DNA of 64,000 bases, from contig MU053810.1 in assembly GCA_013239625.1 (NCBI GenBank), forward strand, positions 3,235,518-3,299,517. Direction: 5' to 3'. The stretch's first letter is position 1. The number at the start of each line of letters is the position of its first letter. Source of the DNA: Lama guanicoe (taxonomy: Eukaryota). A model generated the notes under the pieces. It saw only the letters and a list, made by a program, of their open reading frames with translations. It was not told the origin of the DNA and made no database searches. Position numbers and translations under genes: made by a program. Of the stretch, positions 25,530 to 36,695 are shown in pieces.

Positions 25530-28080
25530 ATGACAAGTATCTTTCTACTTCTCAACTTATTTAATGTTTGTCATCTTTGACACATACAGATGTTCTAAAT
25601 GCTTATGCAGGTACATCTATATATCTTCCATGTTTTGTTAGTTTCTTCCCCACCCAAAATCACTTAAATACTCATTTACATTTTCTTTTAGTTCTTTCAT
25701 AGTTTCGTTTTCACATTTGTCCCTTTAATCTGTCTAGGATGTATTTCAGTAAATAGTATGAAGTGAACATCTTATTGATTTAATTATTGGCCAGTTTTGC
25801 TAGTACTGGTTATTGAATAATCTACGTCCTCTTCATTGGCAATGCTTCATTTATGGGCATATTAAATTTTCTTTCGAGCCTTTTTCTGAAATATTAATCT
25901 ATCTATCAAGCTTCTCTCAGTAGTTCAAAGTCATTGCAATTATTGTGGCTTTATAATATGTATTAACATCTGGTACATCTGGTGAATCTCCTATTACTAT
26001 TCTTCCTTTCCCGAAGTATTCTGGCTACTCTCCTGTCTTTTCCTCCAAACGGAAATTAATTTTTTTTTAACTTCTAAAAAAGAAAATCTTATTGGAATTT
26101 TTATGAAAATCACAAATAAAGAATAGATACATTTATCTAGAAGATAACATAACAGATTTCTCAATCTATTTAAATCTCTTTACCTTTGTGTTTTTTCTCT
26201 TCTCTCCTTTTTTTCTCTCAATCCCTTCCAATTGTTGCCAATATTATTTTACATGTGAATGGAATCTTTAAAAAAATACATATTTCCCAATAGGTTATTA
26301 CTAGATCTGGAAAAGTTGTTGGTTTTTAATCGTTATTTTATAAGAGCTTTTTAATCAGGTCTCTTGGGTTTCCTAGCAAAAGTATCATCTGCAAATAAAG
26401 GCACTTTTCTTCTATTTTCAATATTTTTACCTGTTTCTGTTTCTTAGAATTATTTCAACATAATTTTAAAGGATACTGTTGATAATGGGCATCTTTATAC
26501 CTGAGTTTAATGAGAATGCCTCTATCACTGAGTATGGAAATTTAGGAATAAACACAAAATTAGATTGAGTAAATGAACTCTCATGTGCCCATCACATAGC
26601 CTCAACAATTATCAACATTTATGCAAGGACTTTTAGAGGGATTATAAATTAATCCAGAATTTTTAGGTGCTGATTTGGAAATATCTGTCCAGAAACGGAT
26701 CCAGCAATTCCATTGCGGGGCATTAATCCTAATACAGCAGCATCAATAGGCAAAGATACTCAAGGATGCTTACTATAACTGTATATAATTGCAGAGAACT
26801 AGAAAATGTTCCCCAATCGATGAATGAAAAGTTATGGTGCATTTGTATAATATATAAACAGTTATAGTCATATAATTCATATATATATATTCATATATTA
26901 AGTTGTTAGGAAAAATTTTGGTAGATGTATGTACTGGTATGGGAGGATGTCCAAGGCACGGTATACAATGAAAAAAGTGAGTGCAGAACAATATGTATAG
27001 TATGATTCTATGTTTTTCTCAAAGGGAATGGTCATAAGCTTTTTTGTGCACAGGAGATTTCTGGAAGGATATGCAAGAAACTGTTAATGGAGGTTATGTC
27101 TGGGAACGAGAATAAGGAGTGACAATGGGAGGCTGAGGAATTACTTTACACTTTCTCCTCTTCCTTATAGTTTGGCCGTCTTACCATAAGCATTATTATT
27201 TTTATAGAACATCATTAAAAGATATGATGCCGGCTATTGGTTTAATACTTACTTAAGAGGTTTTTTAAAAAATTTAGTTGTGGTTTTAATCAGGAGTAGG
27301 TGTTAGATTTTTATTGTCTATTGAGATAAGGTTCTCTTCTCATATGGCCTAAATGTATGAGTTATTATTTCCATTATTTTCCTATTATTAAAATAGCCTG
27401 GCATTTCTAGGATAAAATCTACCTGATCATGTTAAAAATTTTTATTTCATTGATGTAATCTACTGATATTTTCAGGGGGAATTCTGGGTTTTGACTTCTT
27501 CTGTGAGTTTATATTTTTTGACTGCTCTTTTTGTAACACTTGTGATAGGTTTTAAACAATTATATTTGCTTCATAAAATGAATTAACTTTTAATATATTT
27601 ATACATACATATTAAAGGGAATAATATGGCCTTCAAAATTTGTAATAATTTGCCTATAAAAATCTGTTTTTTGATTTCTTCTCTGGTTTTGAGCTACTTA
27701 GTTTTTCTAAATTCTTCTTGATTAAATTTGAGTGACTTATGTTTTTCCAGAAAAAAATGTATTGGCATATATATAGCTAACTATATATATTAATCTCACA
27801 TAATTTCAAAAAACTCCAAACTTCTCCATATCTATTATGTATTATATCTCCTTTCTCATTTATAATTTTTATATTTTCTCTTTTTTAGATTAAATAGATT
27901 TGCCAGATGTTTCTCTACTTTCTTCCCATTTTTTCCAAAGAATTATTTTTGGAATTGATCAGTAATTGTTTTTTTTGTTTGTTTGTTTTCTCATTCATTA
28001 ATTTCTGCTTCAGTCTCTCCTTAATTCTCCTTTTCTCAAAGTTTAATTTTTAAAAAAAAATGGCTCAGTTCACTTATTTT
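25530..28080. mobile_element. Highly decayed old L1 (L1M-type) fragments
   Basis: AT-rich block with L1 ORF2-antisense motifs (tatcatctgcaaataa, ataatgggcatc) and an opposite-orientation piece near 26640-27200 (gatccagcaattcca, tctggaaggatatgcaagaaactg). Confidence 0.55.
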
Positions 28081-29607
28081 TATTCATGTTCAATTTTTCC
28101 TTGCTAAATATTTCTAAGCTTGGTATGGTTTCAAATGACTGGGGTATTTCTAAGAATGAAATCCATCCTTAGAAGAGAAAGGTTTGCTATCACTGATGAT
28201 GTCATTTAGAAGAATGTGACTCAGTCTCTTTTAGAACTCTAAAGAACTCTAAAAATGTTTGGGTAACCGCAGTACAATTGCAGCAAGCTTATGACCTATT
28301 CTGAAAGGGCCAAAACCTATTTGTACATATAAACCTGGTATATTTGCCAGAACATTATCTGCCTTCATATATTTGGAAAGAGCCAAGTGCTAGAATTTAA
28401 AGAGAAGCTTTCACATTTGCTTAATGGGATGTGCTCTGATACCACATGTCTATAACCCAAGATACTTTTATGTTTTTTTCTTTTTGTGAAAATGTATCTA
28501 AAGACATTATGTGTACAGCCTGGCTTCATGTTTGCTTGTGACTGAAATTAAGCCCATAAAACATTTTTCAAATGCAAAGATTAAAAATTGTTTGTATGAT
28601 AGAATGACAAAGTTTTCTCTGCAAAAATCAATTCATGATAATGTAGGTGAAGGCAGAACATTAAAAAAATTATTTTAAATGTTCTGATACACCAGATTAT
28701 AAGCAATAAAAATGTCTCTAATGAAATAAATATTGCACCAATAGAAAGGTAGACTGCAGGTGTGATCTTTGCCAACACATGTAGCAGAAGATCATCAGAT
28801 CCATATGTTTTTAGATCTGATGCAACAGATTATGCAACAGTGTTTAAGTGGCCTGGAAAGGGAGGATTTTGTGGTCAAGAAAGTGGAAATGTCTTATTTA
28901 ACATATGACCCTGGCCAGTCTCATCTCAAATTACTGTTGATCAAGTTGCAGATGGTTAGCAAGCCACGTGGGAGGAAGAGAAAGGTCTGACAAACCTGCA
29001 ATAAACAGGAGGCCACAAAGCCAGTGGCTGGGATCATGAAAAACACAAACTTAGTCAAGTCTTCAATATTTTAAGTAAAGCAGAGAAAAGCTGTTTTGCA
29101 AAGCATCCTGGACCAGCAAACATTCCTTTAAATGGCTTTAACATAGCCTTCCCTAATAAGATTTTAGTAAAGTCAGAACATGGCTTTATGAATGAACCAA
29201 AAAACATATAACTAGACCATCAGGCGACTGACAGCTTTATGATCATGATTGAAAAGCATTTTCTTTGTTTTCTACCCACATTCAGCTCAAGTTTAAGCTT
29301 CCAAATGTTTGAAACGTACAAGTGCCTGTGTTCTAGGAATTTACTCTTGAGAGGAAGTACCACTAAGAACCAATAAATGGAAAAACATTTTTATCTATAC
29401 TAACATGGAGGCATGTATATATAAATTTATATATTGAGTATTGGTCTCAACTAGTTGCCTTTTTAAAAGTTAAAACATTTTTGTTTTTAGCAGTTTAGGG
29501 CTAACAGGACAGTAAACCAGAGCCAAAACTAAATCTAATTTTCTTTGTTATTGTGGCTGTGAAATTTTCAGTAAAGCACATACTGAAAGCCCAAACACGG
29601 CTAAAGG

Positions 29608-30250
29608 ATTATCTTAGAAAGCAGAGCCCGAGGCCAAGTTTAAGTGCTAAGATTTTGTTAGGGGGTGCAGTCCCAGGGCAGCAAGGGTGAGGAGTAAGGC
29701 AAAGGAAAGCAAATGGAAAGCGGTGCTTCATTGAGCTGAAAACAACTTCAGAAGAAAAGTACAGCTGAGTGCTTAGTCCCCAAGGACGGCTTCCAAACAA
29801 ACCACGCGGAACCATCACGCCTTGGGACCGGCGGCCTATAGAGAAAAGGCGAGAGTTTATACTCTCGGAAACTCTTGCTCCCTGCACTCTTCAGTTGCCC
29901 TCTTTGGTGCAAGTTTGCCTCATGGGGCTCCAACGCCCCACTCTTCTGGGCGTGCCTCCGGACCACTCCAGGCAATTGCCAGGGAGACAAGCACAAACTG
30001 AACCTCAAGGTTTTCCACCTGAGTCTGGTGCTGGTTGAAGGAGCCAGTGCCTCCTATCAGATTCACAGTGTGAGGGAGGCAGTGCTAAAGCGTGACCTTC
30101 ATCCAGGGGGAGGCTGTCCCCAGAGGAAGCCACAGCTGGAGAGGCCAGGCCTCTGTACTGACCCGAAGGCTAAGGTGGGGGTGGCGGTGTGGTGGGACTG
30201 AGGCAACTGGGGAGGTGCATAAACTGGGTCTGCTGCAGTCTGTATCCTTC
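29608..30250. mobile_element. Old LTR remnant (MaLR/ERVL class)
   Basis: agaaagcagagcccgaggccaag...aagtgctaagattttgttagggggtgcagtcccagggcagca resembles old MLT1-class LTRs. Boundaries approximate. Confidence 0.45.
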
Positions 30251-30432
30251 TAGGACCTGAGCTATTCCCAGTGCTGATGTTCACTGACTCTTAGGAAACT
30301 GGACGGGGCTGCTCAGTTCAGAGAAAGCACACATTTAGCTCTCGGATTTTGTAAATATGACTATTTTCCACCAACCCGTCCCATGTTCCTCGACTATCCT
30401 TACGACTTGAACTCCCCACCCCCAACATTTTC

Positions 30433-30770
30433 TGCAGTGTAATCTGAATATAATAAAAGCCACCCTTTTGGAGACTACACAGCGTTGGATTCTGGCACCT
30501 GCATATGACCTGTAAAATCCATGCCCATCAAGACGTGGAAATTGTCCCATCACCCCCAAAGTTCCCTCCTGCTCACCTTCCACCCTTTCGCTACTTTCAC
30601 TCCTTCCCAGGCAACTGCTGTCACCACAGTTCTGCTTCTAGCATTTCAGATAAACGCAATCAGACAGACAAGGGTTTTTTGTGTTTGCCTACTGCCGCCC
30701 ACATCATGCTTTTTGGATCCATCCGTGTCGCCGCGAGTATTAATACTGGCTCCTTGTTTACTCCTCGCTC
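30433..30770 (-). mobile_element. Old L1M 3' end remnant abutting the CpG island
   Basis: aataaaagccacccttt...ccatcacccccaaagttccctcctgc...cccaggcaactgctg...ggatccatccgtgtcg follows the L1MB/ME 3' end pattern. Confidence 0.65.
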
Positions 30771-30779
30771 TATTTTAGA

Positions 30780-31990
30780 GAACGTACTCTAGGTGCTAAA
30801 CGTCGGGCGTTTTACCTGCATTCGCTCATTTGGAGACCGCACAACTAGCCTGCTTCACAGCACCGGGACCCGAGGCTCGGGGCGCCCGGAGGGGGAGCCT
30901 GGGGAGGGGGCCCGGGGACATTCAGGCTGCCACGCTCGCCGCGGTGCGGAGCCGGACCCGCGGCACCTGCTGTCCGGCTCGCGGGCACAGGGGGCCTGGC
31001 CGTGTACAGCCGCGGGCCAAACCGCCCCGGGGCGCCCGCGAGGCCGGAGCCAGCCCCGACCCCGGCCCCGGCGCCCCCCCCCCAACCAGCCGCCCCCCTG
31101 GCCACACGCCTGCGGGGCTGTGTGCTCCCGCGGGGCGGCCCGGAGCTTCCGCCAAAGGCAGAAGCGGGGCCGCGGGAGGGCGGCGCGCACCAGCCGGGGT
31201 GGGGGCGGGGGTTGGAGCCGCATTTCCGCGGAAGCGTCACGGCTGCCGAGCGTCTCACCGCGCCGCCCGCCGTTTCCCTCCGCAGGCAGACGGCGCTACT
31301 TCCCGCCCGGGACTCTGGAGCCCAGTCGTCGGCGAGGGAAGCGCGGGCTCGGCTGTTGCCCGGTCCCCGCCGGAGGTGCCGCCGTTTCCCTGCCGCTGCA
31401 GAGGAGCGAGCGAGGAGAGTGGTTCCCAGGCGCTTCGTCCTCCTCTGCAGAGACCTGATTTTGCAGAAAACAAAGCTGACGGTGCTTTGCCCTCCGGCGT
31501 CGGGAGGCCTGCCCGCCGCTATTGTCTGGCTGCCTGACGGGGAGCGGCGGCCCTGCTTCTCTTTTTCGGACGCGGCGCCTGGCGAGCGGCAGAGGGACTG
31601 ACAGGGAGGCTTTGTCTGCGGAGAAAGAGCTGCTGCGCCGCGGCGCCTCCTGAATGGCCGCCGGGCCGCGCGGCGACTCTTTCCGCGTCAGTCAAAGCCG
31701 GGGCAAGTCTGCGCCTTCCCTCCCGACATTTTCCTTCACGTTGGAGTCTCGGTGTCTGAGTCGAGGAGAGCCACCCTCCGCCTTCGCTCACGCCATCTCC
31801 TTTCCTCTGTTCTTTCGCGATTCTGAGATCCGGTGTGACCAGGTTCTCTTTGGACCTTTTGAACATATTTTCCTTTCTCAGAAAGAACCGAGTTGGGACA
31901 CCTTGGAGGTGGGCGATGCTCACAGCCTCGTAGCCCCTGAGATTTGCTTCGCCCAGCCCACACCCGGGTGCCCCAGACACAGGCCCGGAG
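30780..31990. promoter_or_regulatory. CpG island, promoter-like, with no recognisable coding gene
   Basis: About 1.2 kb of very high GC with dense CpG against a CpG-depleted background. GC box GGGGCGGGG at 31202-31210, ETS-type TTCCGCGGAA at 31224-31233, CGTCA at 31235-31239, E2F-like TTCCCGCC at 31300-31307. Confidence 0.9.
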
Positions 31991-34217
31991 AGAGGGCTGC
32001 TGGGGGTTAAGGTTGTTTTGAAATCGCATCCTCCTATGACTTGTGTGCACATCCATTGAGAAGGTGGGGGGCATCTGAACCGAAGAAAGGGGCCCCCAAT
32101 CCACCGAGAAGGCATCTATTGTTTGGTTGCACAGCAGCCCGCAGTGGGAAGGAGGGTATTCTTTGAGAGCTCTGAATTCAAGCAGTTTGGACCTTGTGAC
32201 CGCTGATCCCCCACACGCCTATTTCTCTCTTCATAGCATTTCTTACCCACATGATAATGTTGCACATTTTGCATATTTATTTATTTATTTTTTGCCTCAT
32301 TTCTCCGCTTGATAAACCTGTGAGAGAGCTGGAGTTTGATTCCCTGCAGTTCTCTGGAGCCATTGTAAATATTTATGAATCAGTGAATAAACAGCAAACG
32401 TGGCCCGTTACATAAAGGCATTGGGAGGGAAGCACAAAACCAAAAGCTACGTTACAGGAGGAAAATTGATCCCTTCACACCTGCTCTTTTCGGAGCAATC
32501 ATTGGTAAGGAATAGCCAAGACATAGCGATACCACTATTCTATTTTCCAAAGAAGAGTTATGAAAGAAATGAGCTCTCACTTCAAGGGTGCTTTTCTACT
32601 TCTTTCTAGGGATTAATTCTCCAAGGTGAGCCCACCAAAAATCTATTAGGAAAATGGAATTCCTTTTTCCCTAGTCCTGTGTAATCCTCAGACACACGGT
32701 CACCTCCATCTGGGAGTTGAGGTGCCTGTATGATGAGCAAGACATGGGCCTGTGGGACATTCAGAACTCTTACAAGATGGACATCGACGTGCGGTACATA
32801 GATATTTTTATGCGCTGGACTCTCATGAACAGCATGTGGAGACACATCTGGGAAGTGTATTTTACATGAAAATTAGCTGACTAAATCCTTCCCCTACCTG
32901 AACACCCTTTCAGAAACAGCCCCACAGGATGCTAATTCATAAACGAATTAGTTTTGAAGTGAAATGGAGTTATTTGGAGAGTGAAGAGAATCAGAACAGC
33001 CAGCTCCTCTAAGAAGTTACCCTACCCCTGTCTCTACCTCCATTTTTTTGGAACTTTGACAAGCAAAAGGCCACACTTCTAGGAAAGTTTATAATACCTG
33101 TCAGGATATACCTCACAGGTTGTAAAGTTGGAAAATTCTTCATAAAAGATAAGTTTTAAGATCTCATATATAAATACTTAACCATCCAGCAATCAGCATC
33201 CTGGTATCCTGGGAGATCATTCATTCAACAAATATATTTACTGAGCATCTATTATGTGTCAGACATTGCTCTAGATGCTGTAGATATAGCAGTAAAACAA
33301 AACAAAACAGACAAAAGTCCCTCCCGTTTTGTATTGTTCACCCCAACCCCTTCAATGCTTTTACATCTTTTTTCTTTCCTTATTTTCAGCTTTGATTTGC
33401 CACTTATTGCACCACTTAAAAAAAATTCATTTCTATTTTCTGCCCCTTACTTTGTCCAAAATATGATCATATCAAATAAAAATATGAGATAAATTTTACA
33501 AATCAAGTTCTTTTAAAAACCTAAGTTTCCCCCCTAAAAAAATCCATTTCTAAAATTATCCTTTTATGGCTATAATTTTCAAAATTAAAAAATGATTTTC
33601 CTGGTTTCCTTCAGTTGGCTATTGTGTAAATGGAGATAATGACTATTCAATCAGCTTTCACCCTTCCATGAGAATATTTCCTTCACCCAGACTTTGCCTG
33701 ACCATACCAGTTTTACAGTAGCATACAATAAAACCTGTGGAGAATAGCAATAGTAAACAATTTTTTTTTAATAGAAGCATTCCTTTCCCAGATTTTTATT
33801 TTATTAAAGAGTAAACAATGTTGACTTAGGGATTCAACATATGAATGTACAGCAAGGTTCTAGTGCCCAACACAGTATCAGAAGGAATTTTCAAGCGTAT
33901 TTTATCTTAGTTGTGCTAATTGTACTCTCTTTCACCAGTTTTCTCTCAATTTTCTCCCTTTGATTCAGTTCAAAAAGCTCACGGGCCCAAACCTCCCCTG
34001 AAGACTATGGCTCAACTGCAATACTCCCCTTTCCCCATTTCACATTTAAATGCAGTATGTTTCAAACTTGCTTAAACATTCTGAATAATCCTTATATTCC
34101 TGCTCATTCCCTTCAGCCTAAACCGAGGAAGCAGACCTCTGTCCTCCCTCACCTCCCTTTACCGCCAGCCCCCAACTGCTGAAGCCTAGGCCTTAGAGCT
34201 AGGTTACCCAGCGTGCT

Positions 34218-34394
34218 AGTGATTCTCAGCTTTGGTAGGCATATTAGAATCACCTGGGAGACTTTAAGAACTACCGGCTTCTTGGGCCTACCCCTGACCA
34301 ATGAAACTGGAATCTGTGGAGTAAGAGTTCCAGCACTGGTACTTTTATAAAGCTCTCAAGGAGACTCTAATGAAAGCTGGTTTGAGAAACAGTG
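34218..34394. mobile_element. hAT-Charlie MER5-family element
   Basis: agtgattctca...ttagaatcacctggga...gtttgagaaacagtg. Confidence 0.7.
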
Positions 34395-34422
34395 CTTGGG
34401 CAGCTCAAGTATCTGTCTAAGA

Positions 34423-34611
34423 CAGTGCTTCTCAAACTTTAGTAGTGTTTCAGAAACACCTGAAAGGGCTTGTTAAAATAAGGATTGCTAGGTCCTACAC
34501 CCTGAGTGATTGAGTAAATTGGGGCGGGGCTGGAGAACTAGCATTTCTAACACGTTCCCAGGTGATGCTGCTGTTGTTGCTGGTTCAGGGATTCCGCTTT
34601 AAGAACCACTG
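34423..34611. mobile_element. hAT-Charlie MER5A
   Basis: Termini cagtgcttctcaaa...tttaagaaccactg; internal gcatttctaacacgttcccaggtgatgctg; degenerate 8-bp flanks gtctaaga / tcctagga. Confidence 0.85.
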
Positions 34612-35006
34612 TCCTAGGACACCAAGAAAAATGGGGGACCGAGAAAAAATGAGAGGAAAAACACAGGAAGATTGTATTTGGTATTTCAAACAGCTTCAAA
34701 GTAACTGTCATGGTGCAAATGAGAAACTTTGGGGGTGTCCTTACCTTTATTTTATGGTTAGTATGATTTTTGATTTAGAGCTGTAGTTGGGGAAAGAGAC
34801 AAGAAGACCCCCATAGTTCTTTCATTGCTAGGGGTGGCTTCTAAAGTCTTAAGCCCTGCAGTTAAGTACTCCACAAACTAATGCGTATGTTCGTGTAAAC
34901 CACGAACATAGGGAAGCTTTTACCCTTCCGTGAGAATGTTTCCTTCGCCAGATTTCCCTGACCATAGCGAGTCCAAGTAGCCCACAATAAACATTTACAG
35001 CAAGTA

Positions 35007-35052
35007 GCACGCGCGCGCGCACACACACACACACACGCGCACACACACACAC

Positions 35053-35090
<38 letters not shown>
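35007..35090. repeat. Compound (CG)n/(CA)n microsatellite
   Basis: 84 bp of uninterrupted purine-pyrimidine alternation. Confidence 0.98.
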
Positions 35091-35092
<2 letters not shown>

Positions 35093-35659
35093 CACACCTC
35101 CCAACAAAAAAGCCAAAAGACAGAAATAGTGTTTATCTTGTCTTCCAGGTGATAGGCAAATGTATCCTGTGTGTTCAACCCTGTGACAGAAAACTTGACC
35201 CATGGAAGGCATGCAAATATTGTAAGAGGACCTGTCAGAGTTATGGAAATGAAAGTTATTTTTGCTTTTAAATAACTTTTCCATATGTTTTTGCAGTTTA
35301 TCTTCTTTCTACCAGCACGTGAGAGATTTCTGTTTTACATGGAGATAATCAAGTGCAGGAAGCTTTCAAACTTGCCCAGAACCATACAACTCATTAGGTA
35401 TGAAGTGAGGGCTCTTAGCTCCCAAATTCTGCATTCTTTTCTCTAGAATATGCTGCAATTCAAATGCCAGAACACTGGATCTGAAGGGAAGAGGGAACAA
35501 ATTTGAGACTTTTTTTAACCTTGTAGAAGTGAAATCTAAGAAAAACACCCTAAGTTTTTCAAGTCCATGTAAGTAACAGGGTTAATGTGTAGTCAGAAAG
35601 AATTTAGATACAATTTATGTTACCTTAGGGAAGAGCACTATGAAAAGGAAGTAAGATGA

Positions 35660-36095
35660 CAACATAGATGGACCTTGAGGGCAGTATGTTAAGTGAAATA
35701 AGTTAAAAAGAGAAAGACAAATACCATATGATTTCACTTATATGTGAAATCTTTAAAAAGCAAAGAAACAAATAAAAACCAGCTCATGGAGACAGAGAAC
35801 AGAGGTGGAGGATGGGGTGTGGGGTGGGGCACGGTGAGAGAAATGGGTTAAGGAGATCAAAAGGTACAAACTTCCAGTTACAAAATAAATAAGCTAGGAA
35901 ATGTAATGTACAGAATAATGACTTTAGTTAATAGTACTGTATTGTATATTTACCAGTTGCTAAAGAGTAAATCTTCAAAGTTTTCATCAAAAGAAGACAA
36001 TTCTCTGTATGTTGATCATTTCAAAATATATACAAATATTGAATCGTTATGCTGTATATCTGAAACTAATATAATGTTATATGCCAATTAAAAAG
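35660..36095 (+). mobile_element. 5'-truncated L1 3' end (L1MA-type)
   Basis: acatagatggaccttgagggcagtatgttaagtgaaataag...gaaagacaaataccatatgatttcacttatatg...ctgaaactaatataatgttatatgccaatta. Confidence 0.85.
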
Positions 36096-36239
36096 GAAGG
36101 AAGGAAGAAAAGGGAGTAAGCGAAGTAGAAAAGATTTAAGGTAAAACATTTGTATAGTTAGCTAATAGTCCTAGGGCCTGAAAAATTCTGATAGATCTTA
36201 AAACAAAACAGGGCAGAAGACATCTTTTCCTTTAACTTC

Positions 36240-36695
36240 TGCTGTATTACAAGCCACTTCATATTTAGTGGCTTAAACAAAGACCATTTTACTTCCTCAC
36301 AATTCTTTGGGTTTGGAGTTCAGGCAGGGCTCCGTGAGGATGGCTCTTCTCTGCTCCATGTTGTCTGGACTGGGTTGCCTCAACTGGAGGATCCAAGATG
36401 GCCTCATCCACGTGTCTGGGCCTTGGTGCTGACAGCTGCGTGGGGCATCCTGGTTCCCCTCCACAGGCTCGCTCGCTCGCTCTCATTCCGCGTGGTCTCA
36501 CATAGTTCAGTAGTCTAGCTCAAACGTTTGTACGTGGTGACTGTCTTCCAAGGGGGGAAAGGGATTGCACAGCATCACTTTCACTTATTCTGTTGGTCAA
36601 AGCAAGTCAGAGGGCCAGCATGGAGTCAAAAGATTGGAAAATAGGTTCCATTCTTGATGGGAGAGAACATTGCAAAGAGAATAGGCACATTGCAA
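36240..36695. mobile_element. MaLR LTR remnant (MLT1-type)
   Basis: tttagtggcttaaacaa...ctcacaattct...ggatggctcttctctgctcca...ctggaggatccaagatggcctca...ttctgttggtcaaagcaagtca. Confidence 0.75.

Noticed and set aside
30793..32115. Overlapping long ORFs (221, 235, 199, 198 aa) on both strands
   Set aside because: Low-complexity Arg/Gly/Pro/Ala translations in several frames at once, as expected from stop-codon scarcity in a CpG island. No recognisable domain.
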